A stretch of DNA of 64,000 nt, from the NCBI GenBank assembly GCA_036172245.1, contig JAYWIR010000113.1, positions 1 to 64,000 of the forward strand. Direction: 5' to 3'. Of the stretch, positions 52,551 to 64,000 are shown one piece after another. Each line of letters begins with the position of its first letter. Position 1 is the first letter of the stretch. The stretch comes from Raillietiella orientalis. Its lineage: Eukaryota. Position numbers and translations under genes: made by a program. The notes below the pieces were generated by a model that was given only the letters and a program-made list of their open reading frames with translations, was not told the origin of the DNA and searched no databases.

Positions 52551-55500
52551 GAGTGAGGACGTGTTTTTCAACGCTCTCGTCTCAGTGCTTTCATCCGCTT
52601 CATCTTGGCGTCGTACATTTTGACGACGATGTCGACCCAACTTGAAGCTACTGAAGTTGGAGGAAGAGCATCCGGATCTGCAATCGCGGAACCTACGGCC
52701 GCCTCCACTTCGACTTTCTCGCCAATAGAGAGGAGTTTTGCTGACGTTGCTGCCACAGCAGCCGTCAAAGGGAAACCACTCGACAAGTCGGAGTTGCGGG
52801 CATACGTAGCCCAAGGCTATAGACCTGCTCTCCGATATAAGGTGAGTGGCTTTCTTTCTGCGCGCGACGGGAATCAGTTCAACGATGAACTGACCCGTGT
52901 TGGCGTGCGGGAGGAGGACCTTCTCGCCATTATGCCCGTAAAAGACATGGGCTATTTCAAGGTACGTTGCAAAGACGCTGCACTTGTGAAACGCTTGCTG
53001 CGCACCCCGTTGTCGATCCGTGGCCAGAAGGTCTTCCCGGCCGCCATGGACGACTCATTTGTGGCGGAGATTTTCGACATCGAGTCGGAAATCTCCGATA
53101 TTGATATTCGGAACGCGTTGGCGAAATTCGCCACGGTCCATGCGCTGTGGAGGATGCGTAGCAACCTCAAGGACTTCCCGTCCATACATAGCGGAGTCGC
53201 TGGAGTCCGGCTTACAATGCCGGACCGCCGTCTGCTGCCCACGAAACTACAGGTGAAAGACACGGCCGTTCATCTGTGGTTCGTGGGCAAAGTGAGAACG
53301 TGCGAGCAATGCGGGAAGGAGGGGCATTGTTTGGATAAATGCCCCTCTGGAAAATGCCGTTTTTGCAAACTATCCGGGAACCAATTAAAAAATTGCCCGG
53401 ATCTTTTGCGAAAAAAGGCAGCCGCGGAGCTCCATTTTAAAAAACAAAGCGCGGATAAATAGAAAAAATCTGCGAAAAACCTGGAGTCCCCACGGCAGAA
53501 ATTCCGAAAAATCGCGAGGCGGAATGTCCCCCAAAGCAGCAGGAAACCTCGCACGCGAAGCCCTACGCGCCCCCTCTCGCGGCAGGGGAGCCGCAAAAGA
53601 AAGGGTGCGGGGAATCCGGGGCAATGGTAAGTCCCCCTAGGCGCAATAGCTGTCCTTCCCAAGCTCGTTTGGCTGTTTCGGAGTTCGAGCAACCGGCGGG
53701 GACGTCAATGGACAACGGCGGTAAGGACACTTCCAGTACCGTCAGATCCATTCCTTCAACTCCTGCAGTGGCTGAGAAGCCCAAATCGGGTAAGAAGGGT
53801 TGTGCCGTTTCGACTTCGAAAGTCAGCAAAAAAAAATCCGCGTCGCGATCCAACACCGCGAAAGCGGAGAAAAATCTCACGCCGTCGCAATCGGAGAGCA
53901 AGCTCTCGACTGGCGCGGATGCCATGCCAACGAAGGGATTGAAAGCCCTTCCGAAGGCAGCTTCCATGACGAGTGTGTCGAAGCCATCCAAAGTGCTCCC
54001 GTCCAAAGACGTGGATGGCTTCAAAGATGGCAATGGAGCACAATCTCCATTTACGGCGCCACGCGAATTGAGGAACCGTAATGAAGTAAAGAAGACTTCA
54101 GCAAAGGTCCCTCGTGCAACTGCGCGTGAGCACGCTGAAAACGCGCGCGCCGGGAAAGCAGCCGTCACCAAAAGCGATGCTCTGGTGACGGAAAACGAAA
54201 ACAGGACAGCTGTCAATCCAGCAGAACCTGTCACTGCTTCGCGGAAGGCCGAAACCCGATCGAACATGCGCCGGTCGGACTCCGAAATGGATGCCGTTCC
54301 GATCACCGAGACGAGGACAACTCGCTCGAAAGCGTGTGCGCGCCGATCAAAAGTAGGCAGCCAGGCAACTGTAGCCGCGAAGCCACGCGAAGTCTCCACG
54401 AAACCCGACGGGGATAAGCCTGGCGTGGAGGCATTACATGCATGCAGCACGATAGAGGAAGGTGGCGACCGTCCCCTCCAGCCAGTCGTGCTGCTCGCCG
54501 TCTGCTCGCCGGATAAAGCGAGCAAAAAGCCGCCACCTTCCCAGCAGTAATGCGGGGAATCGCGTCTTCTCGTCGTCTGTCCGTAACGTGTTGGAACGTG
54601 AACGGACTACAGAACGACGAGAAGAGGCGATTAGTAGCCAACGCCCTGCGCCCCTTCGACCTCGCGCTCCTGCAGGAGATTCACGTAATCTCCGTCGAGC
54701 AGGCAGCCGAAATCGAGGAGCGCGCAGGCGGAACGCTACATTGGCGGTGCGGCGGCGCACACACGTGCGGCGTCGCGTTTCTCGTAATAGGAAAAATGGC
54801 GGAAGCGCTGCGTAGTGTTCGTTTCGATGACGACGAACGGATAGGCCAGCTTGTCATCAAGTGGTCCGAGTCCATCGATCTCGTCGTTAAGAACGTCTAC
54901 GCGCCGAGTGGCTCTCGCTACCTCGAAGAAAGAGTAGCTTTCTTTGGTGAGGTGCAGAGCCACTGTCTCAACAACTCCGGTTTCCAAGTGGCCCACCTCG
55001 TCGCTGGGGACTTCAACGTCCGCCTGCTCTCCGACGATTGGAGCCGCCCGAGGGAGCGCGCCCTGCCCATCGAGATGTGCGCGTCCGTGCACGCCGCCAA
55101 CTTGATGGTCAGCGAACCTGGAATGGAAAGATCGCTCGATCAAGTTTTCCTCGATGAAAACCTGCATTCGCGTGTGGGTAGGAGAGGAAGATTGTTGACT
55201 AGGCTTTCTGACCACCACAGGTTGGAGTTTGAGATCCTTCCGCCAGGCAGGATACCTCCGTTGCAAAACTGCTGGATGCAGGCGGATTGGATTAGCCAAC
55301 CGGAGGATGCGGAGCATCTACGTGGATACCTCCGAGGCTTTGCCATTCAAGAACTTGCGAGCGCGATCTTGATATCAAAAGATGTGTCTGCGAGTTCTGC
55401 TGCCAATTCCCCTTGCACCGGCTTCCACGCGGTTTCGGAGAGGGCGTGGCCAACAGTAGAGACTTTCTGCAGGCCCGCACGTTTCCGAGACGCGCGGATG

Positions 55501-56269
55501 TCGGGCGTCTTGCGGAGTACAAGGATAGGGCCGATCGCCAGGTCTGGCAGTCCGGAGCAGCATGCCTGTTGGACGACAAGGGCCAGGAATGTTCGGCCCC
55601 AGCCGAAGTACGCCGCATTGTGAGACGCTACTACTCCTGGCTGTAAGCGGAATCCCCGACGGAGGATATTCTCTCTTAGATACTCCTGTCTCAGGATGCT
55701 CGTGTTGTCGGAGAGGAGGAACGCGAACGTCTCAACGAGCCCTTCACGGCGGAGGAATTTTCGTCCGCCATCGCTGGGCTAAAGACACAAAAGGCGCCAG
55801 GCGAGGATGGGCTCCCAGCAAAGTTTTATCAGTGCTTTGCAGTGAATCACATTCTGTTGATGCTGAGACTCGCGACGCTGATGAGTGAATCCAAGAATAT
55901 CCCGGATTCATTTGGCTCAGCATATGTGCGTCTCCTGCCGAAAGGCAGAGACTTGCGCCAACTTACCAACTGTAGTCCGATACCCTTGGTGAACTCGGAC
56001 AACAAGTTGTTTTCGAAGCTGTGGGTCGCGCGGTTAGGAAGTATCGTGGAATCTGTGGTGAGCCAGGAACAAACCTACGCGGTTCTGGGACGATCCATGG
56101 AAGCTAACATCCTTTTCGCGCGTACATGGATGCAGCTGCAGGAATTCGTGGCACAGCAAAGCCAGGCTGCTGCTAAAGTCACAGCCGCAGGCAAGAAAAA
56201 CAGGCGACGACAACAGGAGGGAAAGCCAGGTGCCTTGGCATTCGCTGTCGATCTCCACAAGGCGTTCGA
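52551..56269 (+). mobile_element. Family epsilon element, 5' part, cut at RT DLHKAFD
   Basis: ggacgtg at 52557; ORF1 52629-54550 with CEQCGKEGHCLDKC; TAATG junction; EN ORF 54550-55623; RT 55842-56269. Confidence 0.9.
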
Positions 56270-59200
56270 TTTTCACCCGGATTTCGCCGGGGCGTTTATT
56301 GTAAAATAAACGTTTACAGATAAGTGCGGTGGTTGGACCATTACTGCAGCCGCGCACGAAGAAACACAAAGCGTGCCGGGTCACCGGTTCGCAGACTGGC
56401 ACGGTCCACCACGGCAGCAGCAGGAAGGTGAAAAACAAAAAACAAAACAAAAAGAAAAGAAAAAACTTTGAGGGTACGGGAAGGGATCACTGTAGCTGGT
56501 GGGGCCGTTGCATCCTTTGCAGGATGCCGGCAAGCCCCTTCTGTATTCCTGGATCCAAGTGGGGCCATCGGGACGCTCTCCTCAGGATCTAAAAGGCTAA
56601 CTGGATGGCACCCAGGTCGTGTGGTCCTCTCGTAGCCTTGCTCCAGGATGCAACGATCCCGCGAAGGCAGCACAGGTCTGCTAACGAGGCCGCTGGCCGG
56701 AGGGCTTCGGCAAAGAAGAGAGCTTGCAGTAAATCCCTTGGTTTGACGCAGGGGATTTCGATGGCCGCGGCAAAGCGCAACCACAGGGGCCTGAGGGCAA
56801 CGCGATCCACTAGCAGGTGGGGGAGGGAATACCCATTCCCTACACCTGACGCAATTAGGGTTCATGGCTCCCCAGGTCCAGTGGTGTCGGCGGTCGTTCC
56901 AGGGGAGTCAACAGTGCTGCAACAGGATTGCCGATTCCTGCCATTTTGAGGGGAGGGTGCAGTTGTTCATGAGCACCGGGGTCCACTTCAGATATTAAAT
57001 GGGAACCTCGAGCGGCGCGCCCCAGCGCAGAGGTCCATTGGGAGGCGTACTCGGGGTCGAAGTGTCTGTTAGCTGGCCCGTCTTCCAGTCTCCTATCTTC
57101 TTTCCCTTTTCGGAGATTGTTACCGTAACCTCAGACTTCGCCGCAACATCGCTGTCCAGATCTTTCATCAGGGAGGGCAGCGCAGCAGCGAGGGGAGTTC
57201 TTCATGCCCACGCTCTCTTTTTTGGATCCTCCAGGATCTCGCGAAGCATGCAACTTCTGTAACCCTCAAACAGGAACCTTCGTTCCTGTTGGGAGCGTTT
57301 TTTGCCGAACTGTCGATACGTTCGAACTTTTTCCTGCAACCAGGCACTACCGTTAAAAGGGAGACAGGTGAGCAATCCTGGGCTTTTCCGGTACAGCGCA
57401 GCCACCCTCCGCAGCTGGAGTCCGCATCGGTTGACGCGGCGACGGAGTGCAAGAAACGACGTCAGTTCCTTCTTGCCTGTGGCTTGCTGGAGAAGGAGAC
57501 GTGCAGGGACGCACCAAGAGGTGCACCACAACTCTGGAACGAGTGCCGACAATCGGAACTGGAGCTGAAGCTCCAGCCGCTCCAGCCGTTCCAGCGTCAG
57601 GAGCCCAAGACCACTGTCCCGACTAGGAGCGTACAAGTCCTTTAAGCGGAATCCGGCATTGCCGTTTCCCCGAAGGGCGATACGGAGGAGGTTTTTGGTT
57701 TGCTTTTTAATTCTTTCTGTGGGGAAGCAAACAAAAAGCAGGGTTCGGAGAAGAAGAGCTGCGAACGCGTTTCAAACCACGTCCCGTTCAGGCAGGAAAA
57801 ACCTGCCTCCTCGGAACGGGCCGATCGACGTCCCTACTTTTTGGAGGCAGCCGGACCACGCTTCTGCAGGGGAGTAGTCCTCCAACGGCACACCAAGGTA
57901 ATTGAAGTACCTCACCTTGAAAATCCCCTAACGGACCCAGTCCTGCTGCCCTTCCCACGCCGCACCAACTGGCATCACGTAAGACTTCGCCCTGTTCACC
58001 GTAAGTCCGGTTTTCTGATGCAGAAAGTCGAAGAACTGCGCGACCGCCGCAGCCGGAGTGGACATAGGGAGCAGCAGCAGAAGGTCGTCCGCGTACGCTG
58101 AAACGGCTGGCGTACCGGCAAAGTCGTGCGGCAGGGGCGCCAGAGTTCTCCTGTACGCTCTCAGTGCCAACTCAAAGTAGGTACTGAAGAGCAAGGGGCT
58201 CAGGCTGTCTCCCTGCCAGATCCCACGCCGCACCGGCACACCGTGCACGGTCTGCCCTCTGAAAGTTACGTTGATGAGCGCGTCGCGCCAGCAGGAGCGC
58301 AGATAGGCCACTAATGAGGCCGGGAAGCCCAAGCGTTCCGGAAGCCCCAGAAGGAGATTCTGGTCGACGCAATCGAATGCTTTCCGCAGTTCAATTGCGA
58401 TTGCAAGGGCTCCCTTCCCCATATGACCATCCGACCCTCTGCCTGCGCACGCACCGGAATTCCAGGTTCGCACCAAACTCCTTTCTTGTTGGAGCTCTAG
58501 CCAGGTGGAAGCGTGGAACAGGTTCGCCTCCATGCTTCGCCCGTGAACAGCATATGTCTGTTACGGGCTGATGAAGATGTTGGCAACCCGTCCCAAGATC
58601 TCTGCCCAATTCTTAGCTAGCAATTTGGCGTCCGCGTTCACTATTCTGATGCGACGTAAGTAGTTCATGCTCCTCAGATCTCCTCCCTTAGGGAGGAGCC
58701 GCACCTTTGCCGAACGAAACGAGGCGGGAACGTGACCTGTTTCGCGTATCAACAAGGTGAGTTGATGTACCAGGTGGATGAGCTCAGCCGCGAAAGTTTG
58801 GTAAAACTCCGCAGGCAGGGCGTCCACATCTGGAGCCTTGCGCCTCTTAAGCTTTTTGATGGCCGAGAGGATCTCGTCCATCGTATAAGTCTCGTCGAGG
58901 GTCTTTCTCTCCTCCTCCACGATCGCTGGAGCGCCTTCAAAGAGCAGGAGACGTGAGACGTTCCTCTGCGGAGGTGCCCTGGCATACAGGGAGGAGTGGA
59001 ATTTCGCAGCAGGCCGCGGATTTGGGCAGGTGCCGAGTGCTCCTGACCCTGATCGTCCAGTAAGCTGGCCGATCCGGACTGCCAGGCTTGCCTCTCGACA
59101 CCCGCTATGTATTCCGCCAGCCTACGGATGTCGGGGGTCCTGGCGTGACGGCGAGCCTGCAGATAGGCTCGTTCGTTACGTACCTTGTCCCCAAATCCCG

Positions 59201-59720
59201 CAGGTAGGTGGTGCAGAAGAAACTGGTCGCAGAACTCCTGGACCGACCGCTTGAAGCGGTCGCAATCCTGGAGTGTCCGCAGCCTGAAGCTCCGTATCAA
59301 CGTACGGAGATGTTCCGCCGCGTCCGGTAGCTTCAGCCAGTCCCCTGGGAGGAGCCACGCTGACAAAAGGGGGCCCCTGTCGCGCGGATGGATCTCGAGG
59401 ACTAGCGGGCGATGGTCGGACAGCTCGCACGGTAACTTGCCGCGCCTGCCCACGCGAGGGAACAGGTGCTCATCAAGAAACACGTGGTCAATGCTGTCTT
59501 CCATCCCCGGTGCACTGACTAACAAATTACAGGTGTGCACCTCTATGCACACCTCGTTGACCAGGTCACGCTCGGGATTCTGCCCATCTGGTTTCAGGCG
59601 AACGTTGAAATCGCCTGCAACCAGATGGGCATTCCGCACGTCTGCTTCGGTCAGCCAGTCTCGCCGGAGGGCAAGGAAAAACTCTTTCTTCGCCCTCCTG
59701 GTCATCAGGTCCGCGCCGCT
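56270..59720 (-). mobile_element. Family alpha element, 3' part
   Basis: ORFs 58749-59705 and 57928-58533 (YADD); ends aataaacgccccggcgaaatccgggtgaaaa. Confidence 0.9.
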
Positions 59721-59752
59721 TGTTCACACCCGGATGTGCCGGGGCATTTATT
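59721..59752 (-). terminator. AATAAA plus terminal GC hairpin at the element 3' end
   Basis: Same layout at 944-974, 5022-5052, 27687-27717, 36616-36645, 42243-42274, 47285-47316 and 56270-56300. Confidence 0.6.
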
Positions 59753-59979
59753 TCATAGAAATAAACTAACAGAAAAATTGTCGCGTGGCGAACCCGAAGG
59801 TTCACCACTCCATAACAGCTTGCTGGTTACCGGCTCCGTGCCGGAGAGGTCCTTCCGATGCGCGGGGATGGGAAATAAAGAAAAACCAAAAGAAACAAAA
59901 AGTTCAAATGTGGGGGGGGAACAAATGTTGTAGGGATGGGAGGGCGGGGAAGGGATCACGGTGCGCGTGGAGAGGTCCT

Positions 59980-62900
59980 CTAGATCCTATTCAGGATCCG
60001 CACAAGCTGAGTCCTTTCAGCGCCCAAGTGGCGCCACTTGCAGACACTTCGCGCGAAAACGCGAGTCCAGTGTAAGGCGTTGCCGGTTGGCTGACGCCGT
60101 CTTCTGGTGGCGTTCCAAGCCGCCACTATTCCTCTGATGCAGCAGAGGACTGCTACACTAGCGGGCGGGGAGAAGGCGTCACTACAGAAGAGGCGCCTGA
60201 AAACGTCCTTTGGGCCGAATCCGCGCAAGTCCAGGATCGCCGCGAGACGATCCCATAAAGGGCGGATGGCAGTGCACTCGATGAGAAGGTGGGGGAAGGT
60301 CTCTTTTTCCCCGCACCGGTCACAATAAGGATCCACAGCCCCCCGGGTTGTGTGATGAAGGCGTGCTTTGAATGGAAGTCCCCAGAGGACCACAAGCAAC
60401 GCCACATCCTGCCATTTCAGGGGGAGGGATGCACTGTTCCAGGACGCTGGGGGCCCCTTCATCTCCTCCGGAGATAGTCCGAGTAGCTCGCCCCAGCGTC
60501 GAATTCCGTTGGGCGGGACACTCGGCGTCGCAGCGTCAGCTAGCTGCCGAGATGTCCACGCCTTTATCGATTGTGTCCTGCCGCCTATAGTGCAGGACAC
60601 GGTCCATTTCCCCTGCTCGCTACTGTCCCTGGCATTCACAAGGAAGGGCAGCACTGGGGCGAGGGGGGTTATCAAGGCCCACAGAAGCTTGTCGTGGGAC
60701 TGCACGATCTCCTGCAGCGTCCAGCGGGCGTGCCTTTTCATACAAGTGTTCCTTGTGCCCGCCGGAACGTGGATCTTAACCAGGTGGAGACTGACTCGTG
60801 CAACCAGGCGGAGTAGTTCCCTGGGAGGCAGGAGATCCAGGCGTTCTCCCGAACCGCAACAAAGATGCGTCGCAGCATAGAGCCACAGTATGGTCTTCTG
60901 CAGACGCGCGCAGACAGAAACGACAAAAGTCCGCCGATTCCGCAGGCTTGTTGGGCCAGGAGGCGTGCTGGAACGCACCAAGGCGTGTCCAACAATTCTG
61001 CCGCAAGGGCGAGAGTCCTGAATCGAAGTTGTATTTCGATGCGCTCCAGCGTAAGTAAGCCAAGTCCACCGTCCTTACGTGGAGCGCACAAGTCTTTGAG
61101 CCTCACACGGGACCTCCCTTTGCCCCAAAGGACTGTCCTCAGGAGGCCCGCTGCTCGTTTTCGAATAAAATAAGGGGCGGGGCAAACAAAAAGTAGGGGG
61201 CGAAGGAGGGGAGCCGCAAACGCGTTCCACACCGCGGCCCGTTCCTGCAAGTAGAACTTGCCTTCTTGGAACGGACCGATCGCCAACGCTGCCTTTTGGA
61301 GACGGTCGGACCAGGCTTCTGCTGCGCAGAAGTCCCCCAACGGTACACCGAGGTACTTGAAGCACCTGCCCGTGGGGATCCCCACGCGGATCCAGTCCGA
61401 CCGTCCAGCCCACGCCGAACCGACGAAGACCATGGACGACTTCGCCCTGTTCACCTCCAGGCCCGTCCCGCGGCGCAGCAACTCGAAGAAGTCCTCGAGT
61501 GCACTCGCCGGGGTGGACCCGTGAAGCAGCAGCAGAAGATCGTCTGCATAGGCCGACACGGCAGGCGTGCCGGCACACGAGCTCGGCAGGGTTGCCAGAG
61601 TTACCCTGTATGCCCTCAGCACCAACTCGAAGTAGATGCTGAAGAGCAAGGGGCTCAGGCTGTCACCCTGCCGGATGCCGCGGCGCACTGGCACACCGTA
61701 CACGTGCCGGCCGCTAAAACCAATATTTATTGACGCGTTGCGCCAGCAGCAGCGCAGGTAGGACTGGAGCACGGCAGGGAAACCCATGCGTTCCAGGAGC
61801 TCCAGAAGGAGATCCTGGTCGACGCAGTCGAATGCTTTGTGCAAATCGACCGCGACGGCAAAGGCTCCCGCCGAGTCCATCCCACCCTCTGCCCGATCTT
61901 CTTGGTCAGAGGGGGCGCGAGGCTCCCTTGACCGTCCTGTGCAACGCGTTGTCGCAACTGCCACCATGAGCTGGCGAGGAGCAGGTTGGCCTCCATGGTT
62001 CGTCCGGGAACAGCATAGGTCTGCTCGGGACTCACCACGGAAGCGGCCACCAGCCCCAAACGCTCAGCCCACAACTTGGCATACAACTTTGCGTCCGCAT
62101 TCACTACTGTGATGGGACGCCAGTTGCCAATGTTGCGTAAGTCTCCTGACTTCGGCAGGAGACGTACTTTAGCTGACCGGAACGAGGCGGGAACTTCGCC
62201 GTGTTCGCGAATCAGCGCACTTAACCTGAGCACCAGGGGGGCCAGCTCTGGCGCGAAGCGATGGTAAAACTCCGCGGGCAGGCCGTCCTCCCCTGGTGCC
62301 TTCCTTCTCTTTAGCCTGTTGATGGCGGAGATGATCTCCGCCATCGTGAACGGTTCCGCCAATCTGGAACGGTCCTCCTCCTTGAGCGCGGGAGCGCCAT
62401 CCGGCAGCAGGCGCTGCGCGAAATGGCGCTCAGGTGTCAGTGGCGCGTACAAGGAGGAATAAAACTCCCGCACGATGCGGCTTACCTGGGCTGGGCTGGA
62501 GCGTTCTTGGCCCTGATGATCCAGCAGGCAGGCCGAGCCGGACTGCCAGGCCTGCCTCTCCGCCTCAGCCTTGAATTCAGCCAGGCGACGGACGTCGGGA
62601 CGCCGGGAATAACGGCGCGCCTGGAGGTACGCCCGCTCGTTCCTGACACCCTCACCGAAGCCCGGCGGAAGACGTTCCAGCGGAAACTGGTCGCAAAACT
62701 CACGGACTGAGCACTTCATTTCGTCCCAGTCCGCGAGCGTCTGAAGCTGGAATCCTCGCAGGAAACAGCGTAGATGTTCCGCCGCTCCTGCGAGGCGCAA
62801 CCAATCCCCTGGCAGGCGCCATGTTTTCAGGGGAGGGCCCTTATTGCGCGGATGTAACTCGAGCACGAGCCGTGGATGGTCGGACAGCTCTGCCGGGAGC

Positions 62901-63535
62901 GTTCCTCGAGTTCCCACCCGCGTGCACAGGTGGTTGTCGAGGAACATGTGGTCGATGTTCCGATCTCTCCCGGCATCGCCGGCCAACAAGTTGCGCGCAT
63001 GCATGGCTGCGCACAACTCGTTGAACAGCTGGGCTCGTCCGCTGGGCGCACCTGCCAGCAGGCGGAGATTGAAATCGCCCGCAATGAGGTGCGCCCTTCG
63101 CACGCCTGCTTCGGCCAACCAGTCTCGCCGCAAGGTTTCGAAGAACGCAGTGCGTTCCTCGGCCCTGTGGCTGCTCACCGGAGCGTACAGGGTCGTGACT
63201 ACGAGGTCGATCGAGTCGGACCACTTGAACACAAGCTGCCCAACTCGACCATCCCCGTCGAACCGTGCACTGCGCAGTGAGTTGTCGACGGTTGGCTTTA
63301 GCAGAAAGGCCACTCCGCAGGAGTTGTCCGTTCCGTTCCTCCACAGTAGCCGCCCTCCCGCGATTCTTTCGATTTCCTGGACATCTCCCGGTCGGAGAAC
63401 GTGCGTCTCTTGCAGGAGCACCAGGTCGAAGTCTCGCAGTATGGCGGCTACATCTCGCCTCTTTCCGCCGTCGCGCAACCCGTTGACATTCCAACAGGTG
63501 ATGCGCAAGCGGCGGCAGAAGGCGAGCCCACGCAC
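59980..63535 (-). pseudogene. ORF2 EN-RT-zf with two frameshifts and no internal stops seen
   Basis: ORFs 61727-63535, 60738-61967 and 59980-60981 tile the protein: CWNVNG, DLHKAFD, RQGDSLSP, YADD, CDRCGEKETFPHLLIEC. Confidence 0.9.
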
Positions 63536-64000
63536 TGATGCGTTTATTGTGGGGTGGAGGCGGCCTCCTCCCTTGCGGGAGGCGGCTTGTTGGCGGCCGT
63601 GACGACGGTCGGCTGCTCACACGGCAGCACGTCGTCCACAGCGACTTCCATGGGGCTGGCTTCCGAGACACGGATCGGAGAGGGGTCGCGTGGCGCGACG
63701 CACATTGCCTCCTCCTCCGTGCCCGAGGACATGGCCTCCTCCACCTGCGGAGGGGCGACCCGTCTCGGGCAACCGGTCTTCTTGCCAGCCTTCCTCTTCG
63801 GCACGGCTGCGGAAGTAGAACACCCGGCTTCGGTTTCGGACTCGGAATTTTCCGGGCCCTTCACCGTTGCCGGTCGTCTCAAGGCCTTCTTCTCGGCCTT
63901 GGCAGGCTGCCGTAACATGGCTGCCAGCTCTTCCGCGGCCTGCGCGACGGTCGCGTCCGTTATGCGCGCCGCCTCCTCGCTTTCCGCACCGACGCTTTGC

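Larger units (their letters stand above)
59721..64000 (-). mobile_element. Family eta element, the most intact copy, continuing beyond the window
   Basis: ORF1 tail to TAA at 63544; ORF2 in three long overlapping ORFs; full 3' UTR with hairpin ccccggcacatccgggtg. Confidence 0.92.

Noticed and set aside
1..64000. Bacterial RT systems (retron, DGR, group II intron, CRISPR-RT)
   Set aside because: The RT is fused to an APE endonuclease, preceded by a CCHC ORF1 and followed by AATAAA. No Cas genes, spacer arrays or template/variable repeats were seen.
1..64000. Many antisense and alternate-frame ORFs (for example 47577-48443, 53563-54525, 62844-63602)
   Set aside because: They are shadows of GC-rich retrotransposon coding sequence and have no independent motifs.
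1..64000. LTR retrotransposon or endogenous retrovirus
   Set aside because: No LTRs, protease or integrase were recognised.
1..64000. rRNA, tRNA, snRNA or telomeric/microsatellite targets typical of other site-specific non-LTR elements
   Set aside because: None was recognisable at any junction; the flanks are retrotransposon coding sequence.

Overview
This window is eukaryotic DNA made almost entirely of about 24 pieces of degenerate two-ORF non-LTR retrotransposons of the L1/Tx1 type. ORF1 has CCHC zinc knuckles; ORF2 has an APE endonuclease (WNVNG, LQE, GDFN, SDH), an RT (WRPI, DxxKAFD, RQGDxLSP, YADD) and a C-terminal CCHC. About 6-7 related families are present, named alpha to eta here for convenience only. 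No copy is fully intact. The junctions are not random. Particular families repeatedly insert, mostly antisense, at the same conserved codons inside ORF2 of related retrotransposons: alpha at the RT 'KAFD' motif, gamma/delta at 'LPAGFG' and beta at 'RxLxDWD'. The result is a nested stack at least 8 layers deep between 35 and 64 kb, with the most intact copy innermost. The families share a 5' GGACGTG promoter-like motif about 22-25 nt from the target cut site, overlapping ORF1-stop/ORF2-start codons (non-AUG in one family), and a structured 3' UTR ending AATAAA-hairpin-short A tract. About 15.0-19.1 kb is unassigned. All assignments were made by eye from motifs and the ORF track, and boundaries are approximate.
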